From Kiritimatiellia bacterium (lineage in GTDB: Bacteria > Verrucomicrobiota > Kiritimatiellia > RFP12 > UBA1067), in assembly GCA_051884805.1 (NCBI GenBank), contig JBJEWA010000010.1, positions 3,901-67,900 of the forward strand: a DNA stretch of 64,000 nucleotides. Reading direction: 5' to 3'. This document shows, one piece after another, positions 57,098 through 64,000 of the stretch. The notes under the pieces were generated by a model. It saw only the letters and a list, made by a program, of their open reading frames with translations, was not told the origin of the DNA and searched no databases. Made by a program: the position numbers and the translations under genes. Positions within the stretch are counted from its first letter, which is position 1; every line of letters starts with the position of its first letter.

Positions 57098-57726
57098 CGG
57101 GTGTCGCCCTTTGCCTGCTGGCCGCGCTGACGGCAACCGCGCCCGGGGCGGAGATCCGCAACGTCCGCATTTCGTCGCCGAAGATCCTGCTCTCGCGCGC
57201 GAAGTCCGATTCGCCCGTGCTGGTCACCGGGCAGTTCCGGCTGGAGATGTCCTTTGCCGGGAAAACGGCGCACAAGCCGGTGGTGCGGCTCTGCTGCCTG
57301 AGCGAAGTCGGCGGAACCCTGATGATGAACTGCAAGTTCCTGGACCGTCCGGACACGGTGGAGGGGCTGTCGCTGTCGGAGGTCGCGCAGGGGCTGAAGA
57401 CGGCGGGCGTCAAGTTGGCGCCGCCGCTCCGCGAGATTCAGGCGGCCGATCCGGCGGTCTTCACCCCGTGCCTGCGCCAGGTCGCGCGCGAGACCTACGC
57501 CTCGGCCGTCTACGGCTCGGCCGACGTCCGGAAGGGCTTTTTCCGCCTGGGCCGGGCGGACAAGATGCCGCGGCTGCTGCTCTATCGGCTGGAGGTCTGG
57601 CAAAACGGCGTTCAGGTCGCCAAGTACGAGTCGCCGCATACGGGGCTCGGCGCCTATGGGATTCCCGCCGACTGGCATGTCTGGAAGCGTTATCCCGATC
57701 GGTTCCGCTATTTTGCCGCGCCGTGA
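57094..57726 (+). CDS. Hypothetical secreted protein
   Basis: ATGA overlap with the permease gene. Signal peptide MTGVALCLLAALTATAPGAE. No recognisable domain. Confidence 0.55.
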   Translation: MTGVALCLLAALTATAPGAEIRNVRISSPKILLSRAKSDSPVLVTGQFRLEMSFAGKTAHKPVVRLCCLSEVGGTLMMNCKFLDRPDTVEGLSLSEVAQGLKTAGVKLAPPLREIQAADPAVFTPCLRQVARETYASAVYGSADVRKGFFRLGRADKMPRLLLYRLEVWQNGVQVAKYESPHTGLGAYGIPADWHVWKRYPDRFRYFAAP

Positions 57727-57734
57727 GCCTTTTG

Positions 57735-57743
57735 TGGTATAAT
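57735..57743 (+). promoter_or_regulatory. Extended -10 element TGgTATAAT
   Basis: TTTGTGGTATAAT. Exactly 6 nt to ATG 57750, so the predicted transcription start falls on the start codon. Confidence 0.55.
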
Positions 57744-57749
57744 GGCGGC

Positions 57750-57908
57750 ATGCGACGGCCGATGATGCGGCGGGGGCAGGCGATGACGGAATACGCGGTC
57801 GTGCTGGCCGCGATGCTGGTCGTCGTCGCCGCCGTCTGTGCGCTTGCCTACGTCGCGAGGGCGTATGCGGTGCGGACGGAGAACCTGGTGACGTCGGACT
57901 GTCCATGA
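57750..57908 (+). CDS. Flp/Fap-type prepilin-like protein (52 aa)
   Basis: Not a separate entry in the ORF track. MRRPMMRRGQAMTEYAVVLAAMLVVVAAV has a basic leader, then G/QAMTEY (Glu at +5, Tyr at +6) and a hydrophobic helix, as in Flp pilins. Confidence 0.65.
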   Translation: MRRPMMRRGQAMTEYAVVLAAMLVVVAAVCALAYVARAYAVRTENLVTSDCP

Positions 57909-57931
57909 GCGAACCGGAAAGGAGAAATGCC

Positions 57932-58144
57932 ATGACGAAGAAAATGAAAAAGGGCCAGACCATGGTCGAGTACATCATCATCGTCGCGTTGATTGCGATT
58001 TCGCTGATCGGGATCTTCACCTTCTTCGGCAAGACCGTCCACAAGAAGGTCAAGGGCGCGGCCGAGGAGCTGACGACGGAGCAGTCCAGCGACACCTACG
58101 ACGAGAACAAGATCAAGAATCTCGGCGAGGGCGGGAACAACTGA
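57932..58144 (+). CDS. Flp/Fap-type prepilin-like protein (70 aa)
   Basis: AAAGGAG lies 7 nt upstream of ATG 57932 (alternative coupled ATG at 57905). MTKKMKKGQTMVEYIIIVALIAISLIGIF. Hydrophilic Lys/Glu-rich tail. Confidence 0.7.
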   Translation: MTKKMKKGQTMVEYIIIVALIAISLIGIFTFFGKTVHKKVKGAAEELTTEQSSDTYDENKIKNLGEGGNN

Positions 58145-58145
58145 C

Positions 58146-58613
58146 GTGTTCCGTCGCGGCCAGGCGATGCTCGAGACCGTCCTGGCGGTCTTGGTCGTCA
58201 CGGCGCTGTTTCTCGGCCTGTTCGGTCTTTCCCGGCTGCTGACGGGCAAGATCATGCTTGAACACGCGGCGATGCGCGTGGCGCGGGCGCGGGCGGTCGG
58301 GCTCAACCGGTTCCAGTGCCTCAAGGCCGCTCGGGTGGCGGTCATTCCGTCCGCCGGCGAACGGCTCCACCCCGGCAAGGACGACGCGCGCACGGACGTG
58401 AGCGAAGCGGCGCTGGCGCGTATGTACATGCGCACGCCCGACTCCAGCTACGCCGACGGGCTGCTGCGCTACGACGGCTGGAGCAGCCTGTCGGTCGGCA
58501 ATGCGCACGGCGACGGCCTGACGCAGACGCAGATGCGCGTGGCCGGGTTCGAGGTGCGGGGCGAAGCGGTCGTCGACGACTTTCCGGTCTATCTGACCGA
58601 CGGAGGCCTGTGA
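58146..58613 (+). CDS. TadE-like pseudopilin
   Basis: GTG start. MFRRGQAMLETVLAVLVVTALFLGLF is the TadE-type N-terminus. Confidence 0.65.
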   Translation: MFRRGQAMLETVLAVLVVTALFLGLFGLSRLLTGKIMLEHAAMRVARARAVGLNRFQCLKAARVAVIPSAGERLHPGKDDARTDVSEAALARMYMRTPDSSYADGLLRYDGWSSLSVGNAHGDGLTQTQMRVAGFEVRGEAVVDDFPVYLTDGGL

Positions 58614-60049
58614 AGCCGCGCAGCGGACAGGTGGCGCTCTATCTGGTGATGGTTCTCTTCGCCATCGCCGTGCTGATGCTGGTCAACGTCAACGCCTTCC
58701 TGGCCGTGCGCGCCAAGAACCGGATGATGAATGCCGTCGATCAGGCGGCGATTGCCGCCGCCAAGTGCCAGGGTGCGCTGCTCAACCGGATCGGCGAGCT
58801 GAACGTGCGGCTGCTGCGGGCGGCCGTGCTCGGGCTGGCGCAGCCGGACGACGACGCTTCCGCTGCGGAGCTGGAGGCCGAACTGCGGCGCCTGGCTTTC
58901 CTCGGGCCGGTCCGGGCGCTTGCCCGCGCCAACGCCGCGGCGGCCGACTGGGGATACGCAAGCGGCGACGCGCCGGACGCGGCCGCCGGCTCCCGGGAGC
59001 ACATCAACGAAATCAGGTCCGATTTCGAACTCTATCCGGAAGACCGGGACAACTTCTGGAACGAGGACCTGTGGCGGACGTATGCGACGGAACTGGCGTC
59101 CGCCCTCGACGGCAATCCCGCCGTCCTGCCGGGCTATATGGAGATGGTCAACCCCGGCGCTTCGGGGCTCTTCGCCAACCATGCCTTCTACGACGTCATT
59201 GCGGCCAAGGCCTGGTGCTGGTTCACCGTCGGCAACAACCGGCAGTACCTGGAGCAGGACCCGGCACAGCTCGAACCGTCCGAACTCCAGCCGGCGGCGG
59301 TGCCCGAGAACAGCGAGGTCTTTTCGCTGCACGTCACCTACAAGGGCTGGCTGGACACCGCCTGGGCGGACGAGTACGTGCCGGGCGAGGGCTTCAGCGC
59401 CATGTGGACGAATTTCGTCTGCCAGGTGACCGGGCTTTCGGAAGGGGATTTTGCGCCCGACTCGACGGCGGCCGATCCGTCGCGGTCGTGGGCGTTCTAC
59501 GACGGGAACTGGCGGACCTGGTCGACGACGTTCAATCCCGACAGCTTTCCGATTGCCGGGACGGTTCGTCCGGAATACGACGTCGCCGGGTGCGTCGCCT
59601 CCTGCATGATGATCGGCCGCATTCCGCAAATGCAGTGGAAGGACGGCAACGTCAGCGACCGGACGATGCTGGTGACGGCGGAGGCCAAGCCCCTCGGCAC
59701 GGTCGAGGATCACCTGTACGGCGGCGGCGCGGCGCCCGTGACGGCCTATCACGGCTTCGTCGCCCCGTCGCGTCCCGGCGAGAGGATCTTCACCGAAGCC
59801 CAGCTCGTGCTGATGGGATCGGTGCCCCGTTCGCCGGGCGTGAGCATGGAACCGGCCTGGTACGAGCATATTAAGCACCATTCGCCGCAGGATCCCATGC
59901 CGTCGGGCTGCGGGTACTGCGGCCTGTGGCGGCAGTGGGCGTCGCTGCGGGATTCCGCCCGCGAATGGCTGCGGCAGAACGAGGGCTCGTGCCGGGCCAA
60001 GGGCGGAACGGGCACGGAGCAGAAGGGAGGCTACGAGTATGCGCACTGA
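58610..60049 (+). CDS. TadG-like large pseudopilin (479 aa)
   Basis: GTG 58610 overlaps the upstream stop, with GGAGG 5 nt upstream. VKPRSGQVALYLVMVLFAIAVLMLV N-terminus, then a large soluble domain. No DxSxS VWA motif seen. Confidence 0.6.
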   Translation: MKPRSGQVALYLVMVLFAIAVLMLVNVNAFLAVRAKNRMMNAVDQAAIAAAKCQGALLNRIGELNVRLLRAAVLGLAQPDDDASAAELEAELRRLAFLGPVRALARANAAAADWGYASGDAPDAAAGSREHINEIRSDFELYPEDRDNFWNEDLWRTYATELASALDGNPAVLPGYMEMVNPGASGLFANHAFYDVIAAKAWCWFTVGNNRQYLEQDPAQLEPSELQPAAVPENSEVFSLHVTYKGWLDTAWADEYVPGEGFSAMWTNFVCQVTGLSEGDFAPDSTAADPSRSWAFYDGNWRTWSTTFNPDSFPIAGTVRPEYDVAGCVASCMMIGRIPQMQWKDGNVSDRTMLVTAEAKPLGTVEDHLYGGGAAPVTAYHGFVAPSRPGERIFTEAQLVLMGSVPRSPGVSMEPAWYEHIKHHSPQDPMPSGCGYCGLWRQWASLRDSAREWLRQNEGSCRAKGGTGTEQKGGYEYAH

Positions 60050-60329
60050 GCGGCTCCGGCGCAGTGCGCGGTCCGGTCAGGCGCTGATGGAGCTGGCCGT
60101 CGGAATGTTCACCGTCGCCCTGCTGCTGAGTGCCTGCTGCCATTTCGTCAGCTACATCCGCCGCAGCCTCACGATCCAGAACCATCTGCGGACGCCGGGC
60201 GCCATCAGCGCCTCGCGCATTGCGCTGGACGAGTTCGCGGCCACGGACGTCTTCGGCATGAAGAGCCTGCAGATCAGCGAACCCTACCGGCCGGGAAACG
60301 CGCAGATCACCGCCGCCGACCTGCCATGA
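60039..60329 (+). CDS. TadE-like pseudopilin (96 aa)
   Basis: 11-nt overlap upstream. MRTERLRRSARSGQALMELAVGMFTVALLL. Confidence 0.6.
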   Translation: MRTERLRRSARSGQALMELAVGMFTVALLLSACCHFVSYIRRSLTIQNHLRTPGAISASRIALDEFAATDVFGMKSLQISEPYRPGNAQITAADLP

Positions 60330-61366
60330 GAACAAACGAACTCGTACAGCTTGCCCGCCGCCTCCGGCTGGATACGGTCCTCGTCGCCGATCCGGCGAAC
60401 ATCCGCGCCCTGACGGGCATCGCCTGCGACAGCGCCGTCCTCCAGCTCACCCTCGCCGCAGGGTCCGCCGCCGTCCGGTTCTTCACCGACTTCCGCTACG
60501 TGCCGATGGTCCGTCGCGTGGCGCCGACGCTGGCGTGCCGCGACATCCGCCGGCTGGGGCGCGACCGTTCGCGCCTGCCGGCCCGCACGGTGCGAGTCGG
60601 CTACGAGCCGTCCATTTCCCACGCGCGCTTCCTGGCCTGGCAAAAGCTGTTTCCGCGGGCGAGGTTCGTCGACGTCTCCGGGGAGATCGCGGCGATCCGC
60701 GCCGTGAAGACGGCGGACGAAATCGCCGGACTGCGGGCGGCGGAAAGCCTGAACTGCGCGATCTGGGAGACGGCGCGCATCCGGTTTCGCGCGGGCATGA
60801 CGGAACGCGAGCTGGCGCGCATCATCCGGCAGCTGATGGCCGAACGCGGCGACGGCGAGGCGTTCGACACGATCGTCTGCGTCGGCCGGAACGCGGCGGA
60901 ATGCCATCATGAGCCGGACGACACGGTCTGGAACGGCCGCGAGCCGGTGCTGGTTGACATGGGGGTGAAGCTGAACGGCTTCTGCTCCGACCTGACGCGG
61001 AACGTCGTGCCGCCGCGTCCGCGTCCGCTCTACCGGCAGGTCTACGACCTCGTGCAGGCGGCGAACCGCGCGGCCATCGCCGCCGCGAGGCCAGGCATGA
61101 CGGGCCGGCAGCTCGACCAGGTGGCGCGGGCCGTCATCCGCAAGGGCGGCTTCGGCCGGTGCTTCGGCCATTCGCTCGGCCATGGCGTCGGCTACGAGAT
61201 CCACGAGCCGCCCTACGCCTCGCCGCGCAGCGAGACGGTGCTGCAGCCCGGCATGGTGGTCACGATCGAGCCGGGCGTCTATCTCGAAGGCAATCTCGGC
61301 GTCCGCATCGAGGACCTGGTTCTCATCACGGCAGACGGCTGCGAGGTGCTGTCGGGCCGGTGCTGA
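60326..61366 (+). CDS. pepP: M24 family Xaa-Pro aminopeptidase
   Basis: ATGA overlap with the last pseudopilin gene. Metal-site motifs DMGVKLNGFCSDLTR, HSLGHGVGYEIHEPP and IEPGVY ... RIEDLV. Confidence 0.8.
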   Translation: MRTNELVQLARRLRLDTVLVADPANIRALTGIACDSAVLQLTLAAGSAAVRFFTDFRYVPMVRRVAPTLACRDIRRLGRDRSRLPARTVRVGYEPSISHARFLAWQKLFPRARFVDVSGEIAAIRAVKTADEIAGLRAAESLNCAIWETARIRFRAGMTERELARIIRQLMAERGDGEAFDTIVCVGRNAAECHHEPDDTVWNGREPVLVDMGVKLNGFCSDLTRNVVPPRPRPLYRQVYDLVQAANRAAIAAARPGMTGRQLDQVARAVIRKGGFGRCFGHSLGHGVGYEIHEPPYASPRSETVLQPGMVVTIEPGVYLEGNLGVRIEDLVLITADGCEVLSGRC

Positions 61367-61413
61367 CCGGCTTCGCCGCGCGGTCGAACCGCTGCGCTCT
61401 GCCGAGGCGGAAA

Positions 61414-61422
61414 TGGTATAAT
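61414..61422 (+). promoter_or_regulatory. Extended -10 element TGgTATAAT
   Basis: 6 nt to ATG 61429. The in-frame ATG 61423 directly abuts the hexamer, so it is unlikely to be used. Confidence 0.55.
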
Positions 61423-61428
61423 ATGCCC

Positions 61429-62928
61429 ATGGAGTTTGCGAATACGATCGGGCTGGAGACTCATGTCCAGCTGAAGACGAAGACGAAGATGTTCTGCGGC
61501 TGTCGGCTGAAGACGGGATGCGAGCCGAACACCAACGTGTGCCCCGTCTGCCTCGGCTATCCGGGCGCCCTGCCGGTCATGAACAGGGAGGCCGTCAAGT
61601 TCACGGTGATGAGCGGCCTGCTGCTCGGCTGCGAAATAAACCGGCATGCGACCTTCGACCGGAAGAACTACTTCTATCCCGACATGGCGAAGGACTATCA
61701 GATTTCCGAGAACGGGAATCCGCTTTGTCTCGGCGGCGGCGTCGAGATTACGCGCGCCGACGGCACGAAGAAGCTCATCCGCATCAACCACATCCACCTT
61801 GAGGAAGACGCGGCGAAGATCAACCACTACGCGACGACCTCCGGCGTCGACTTCAACCGCGGCGGCACGCCGCTCATGGAGATCGTCTCCGAGCCCGACA
61901 TGGAGTCGGCGGACGATGCGATCGCCTATCTGACGGCGCTGCGGGAAATGCTGGTCTACGCCGGCGTCTCCGACTGCAACCTCGAAGAGGGCAACATGCG
62001 CTCCGACGTCAACATCTCGATCCGCCCGAAGGACGGGAAGCCGCTGCCGACGAAGCCGGACGGTTCGGTTGACTTCTCGAAGCTCGGCACCAAGGTCGAG
62101 ATCAAGAACATGAACTCGTTCTCCGGCATCCACGCCGCGCTGACCTACGAGGCCAGGCGCCAGCGCGAATGCATGGCCCGCTCGGTCCCGATCGTCCAGG
62201 AAACGCGCCGGTGGGACGCCGAGGCGATGGAGACGGCGTCGATGCGCTCGAAGGAGAACGCCCACGACTACCGCTATTTCCCCGAGCCGGACCTCGTGCC
62301 CGTGGAGCTTTCCGCCGAGCAGATCGAGGAATGGCGCCGGCTCCTGCCCGAGAAGCCGGAACTTCGCCGCGAGCGCATGGTCGAGCAGTACGGCCTCGCC
62401 GAGTACGACGCGGGCGTCCTTTCGCAGCACAAGGAGAACGCCGATTTCTTCGAGCTCGCCGCCGGCCTGCTCGGACGGGGGGCGGACGGCGGGAACGACC
62501 GGAAGCTGAGCAAGCAGCTCTGCAACCTCTTCATGTCCGACGTGATGGCGCTCATGAACGAGACGGGGAAGTCGATCGGCGACAGCGCCATGACGCCGGC
62601 GGCGCTGGCGGCGCTCGTCCGGCTGAACGCGGCGGGAACGATCAACGGCCCGACGCTGAAGGAGCTGCTGCCGGAAATCTTCGCGCGGGGCGGCGATCCC
62701 GAGGCGATCGTGAAGGAGCGCGGGCTGGGCGCCGTGAGCGACCTGGCGGCGCTGGAGGCGTTCGTCGACCAGGCGATTGCGGCGAATCCGGGCCCGGTCG
62801 CCGACTTCAAGGCCGGCAAGAAGGCCGCCGCCGGCTTCTTCGTCGGCCAGGTGATGAAGCTCTCGAAGGGCAAGGCCGATCCGAAGATCGTCGGCGGAAT
62901 CGTCGCGAAGAAACTGGCGTCGGCCTGA
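61429..62928 (+). CDS. gatB: Asp/Glu-tRNA amidotransferase subunit B
   Basis: MEFANTIGLETHVQLKTKTKMFCGC N-terminus and the C-terminal GatB/YqeY domain. Confidence 0.9.
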   Translation: MEFANTIGLETHVQLKTKTKMFCGCRLKTGCEPNTNVCPVCLGYPGALPVMNREAVKFTVMSGLLLGCEINRHATFDRKNYFYPDMAKDYQISENGNPLCLGGGVEITRADGTKKLIRINHIHLEEDAAKINHYATTSGVDFNRGGTPLMEIVSEPDMESADDAIAYLTALREMLVYAGVSDCNLEEGNMRSDVNISIRPKDGKPLPTKPDGSVDFSKLGTKVEIKNMNSFSGIHAALTYEARRQRECMARSVPIVQETRRWDAEAMETASMRSKENAHDYRYFPEPDLVPVELSAEQIEEWRRLLPEKPELRRERMVEQYGLAEYDAGVLSQHKENADFFELAAGLLGRGADGGNDRKLSKQLCNLFMSDVMALMNETGKSIGDSAMTPAALAALVRLNAAGTINGPTLKELLPEIFARGGDPEAIVKERGLGAVSDLAALEAFVDQAIAANPGPVADFKAGKKAAAGFFVGQVMKLSKGKADPKIVGGIVAKKLASA

Positions 62929-62943
62929 GGCCGGGAGGCAGCG

Positions 62944-63459
62944 GTGTTGAGCAGGTCCGTTTCCGTGCTTCGCCTTTCGTCCGGGCTGCTGGCGGCCTGG
63001 CTGCTGGCGGGCTGCCAGTCCTACACGATCGTCCAGCGCAACATCTTCGCCGATGACGACGGCAACGTGGTGGCCGTGGACTACGGGCGGAGCGACCGCG
63101 ACCATGTCAGCACGTTCGTCTCGCCGGTCACGGGCAAGGAACTGGAGTTCAAGTCCAAGCTGATGGTGCGGGCGACGCTCCCCGACGGCGGCACCTTCAA
63201 GGCCTGGCAGTGCATGACCTTCCTTGCGCGCGGGACGATGTACGCGACCGACGACGGCGAATGGAAGCTCCTGGCCAACGGCTTTTCCTGCGTCATCTAC
63301 CGCCGGACTGACGAGACGCCGCCGCGCTATCTCGAAGTCTACCGCGGCGTCATCTGCGACACGCCCGAGACGAAGGTCGAGAAGAACGACAAGTGGCGCG
63401 ACGTGACGCACGTCGGCGGGCGCGAATACAAGAAACCCGTTCCCGCAAGGAAGCCATGA
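62944..63459 (+). CDS. Hypothetical lipoprotein
   Basis: GTG start with GGGAGG 5 nt upstream. Lipobox WLLAGCQS. Confidence 0.6.
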   Translation: MLSRSVSVLRLSSGLLAAWLLAGCQSYTIVQRNIFADDDGNVVAVDYGRSDRDHVSTFVSPVTGKELEFKSKLMVRATLPDGGTFKAWQCMTFLARGTMYATDDGEWKLLANGFSCVIYRRTDETPPRYLEVYRGVICDTPETKVEKNDKWRDVTHVGGREYKKPVPARKP

Positions 63460-64000
63460 ATCCGCTTGAGAACATCCGCGTGGTGCTGGTCGGCACCCTC
63501 TACGCTGGCAACGTCGGCTCGTCCTGCCGGGCGATGGCCAACATGGGCATCCGCCACCTGCGCCTGGCCGCGCCGAACCTGCAGAGTCCGTGGGAGGAGG
63601 GCGAGCGGATGGCCGTCCATGCGACGGACGTCCTGAACGCCCGCGAGGAGTTCGCGACCTTCGAGGAAGCGGTCGCCGATTGCGTCGCGGTCGTCGGGAC
63701 GACGGCGCGCGAGGGCCTCTACCGCCAGCACGCGAGGACGCCGCGGGACTGTGCGGCGGACCTCCTGTCGCTCGCGGAGACGGGTCCTGTGGCGCTCGTC
63801 TTCGGGCGCGAGGACAAGGGCCTGCTCAACGAGGAAGTCGCCCAGTGCACCCATCTCGTCCGCATCCCGGTGGACGAGGGCTACACCTCGATCAACCTCT
63901 CGCAGGCCGTGCTGATCACCTGTTACGAGCTTTTTACGGCGACGGGGCGCTACCAGCCGCCGCGTGAGAAGGCGCCGCCCGCGCCGCAGGCGCAGAAGAT
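63456..64000 (+). CDS. trmJ: SpoU/TrmH-family RNA 2'-O-methyltransferase (TrmJ-like), runs off window
   Basis: ATGA overlap upstream. MNPLENIRVVLVGTLYAGNVGSSCRAMANMG ... ALVFGREDKGL ... IPVDEGYTSINLSQAV. No stop before 64000. Confidence 0.75.
   Translation, partial: MNPLENIRVVLVGTLYAGNVGSSCRAMANMGIRHLRLAAPNLQSPWEEGERMAVHATDVLNAREEFATFEEAVADCVAVVGTTAREGLYRQHARTPRDCAADLLSLAETGPVALVFGREDKGLLNEEVAQCTHLVRIPVDEGYTSINLSQAVLITCYELFTATGRYQPPREKAPPAPQAQK

Noticed and set aside
58610-60049. VWA domain in the TadG-like protein, as in many TadG homologues.
   Set aside because: No DxSxS MIDAS motif or VWA-like beta-alpha pattern was seen by eye. The soluble domain is left unassigned.

Overview
High-G+C, gene-dense bacterial chromosome segment. 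Nearly all genes are on the + strand, except a three-gene block at 23238-27025. It is mostly core metabolism and envelope functions: fusA end, two PPi-type phosphofructokinases, thiD, fused metX-metW, cdd, dnaG, fabF, nrdDG, rnfABCD, recO, aspS, an OmpR-type two-component pair, ispA-like synthase, a B12-riboswitch-controlled metE, a TolC/MacAB efflux set, folE, pdxK, ribH, mazG, gatB. One complete 16S rRNA gene is present. It has its own promoter and terminator, and no 23S, 5S or tRNA lies anywhere in the window. The 16S sequence and a PVC-type 'small basic protein' point to the PVC superphylum (Kiritimatiellota/Verrucomicrobiota-like). NrdDG, Rnf, PPi-PFKs and many ferredoxins suggest an anaerobe. 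Both of these are inference. I saw no CRISPR array, transposase, integrase, phage gene or tRNA. The most unusual content is an envelope locus at about 48.7-60.3 kb. (1) exbB-exbD is translationally coupled to a TPR protein and to a protein with a TolA/TonB-like Ser-x3-His membrane anchor and a proline-rich spacer, but with a C-terminal VWA/MIDAS domain instead of a TonB/TolA C-terminal domain. (2) A leaderless operon encodes five Flp/TadE/TadG-type prepilin-like proteins that share an R-x-G-Q junction, with no Tad assembly genes nearby. Other points of interest are a MurU-AmgK fusion coupled to a 690-aa unknown protein with kinase-like motifs, an rnf operon lacking rnfG/E, TGnTATAAT extended -10 promoters that often imply leaderless mRNAs, and several short operator-like repeats. 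All calls come from reading the sequence by eye; no database search was run.
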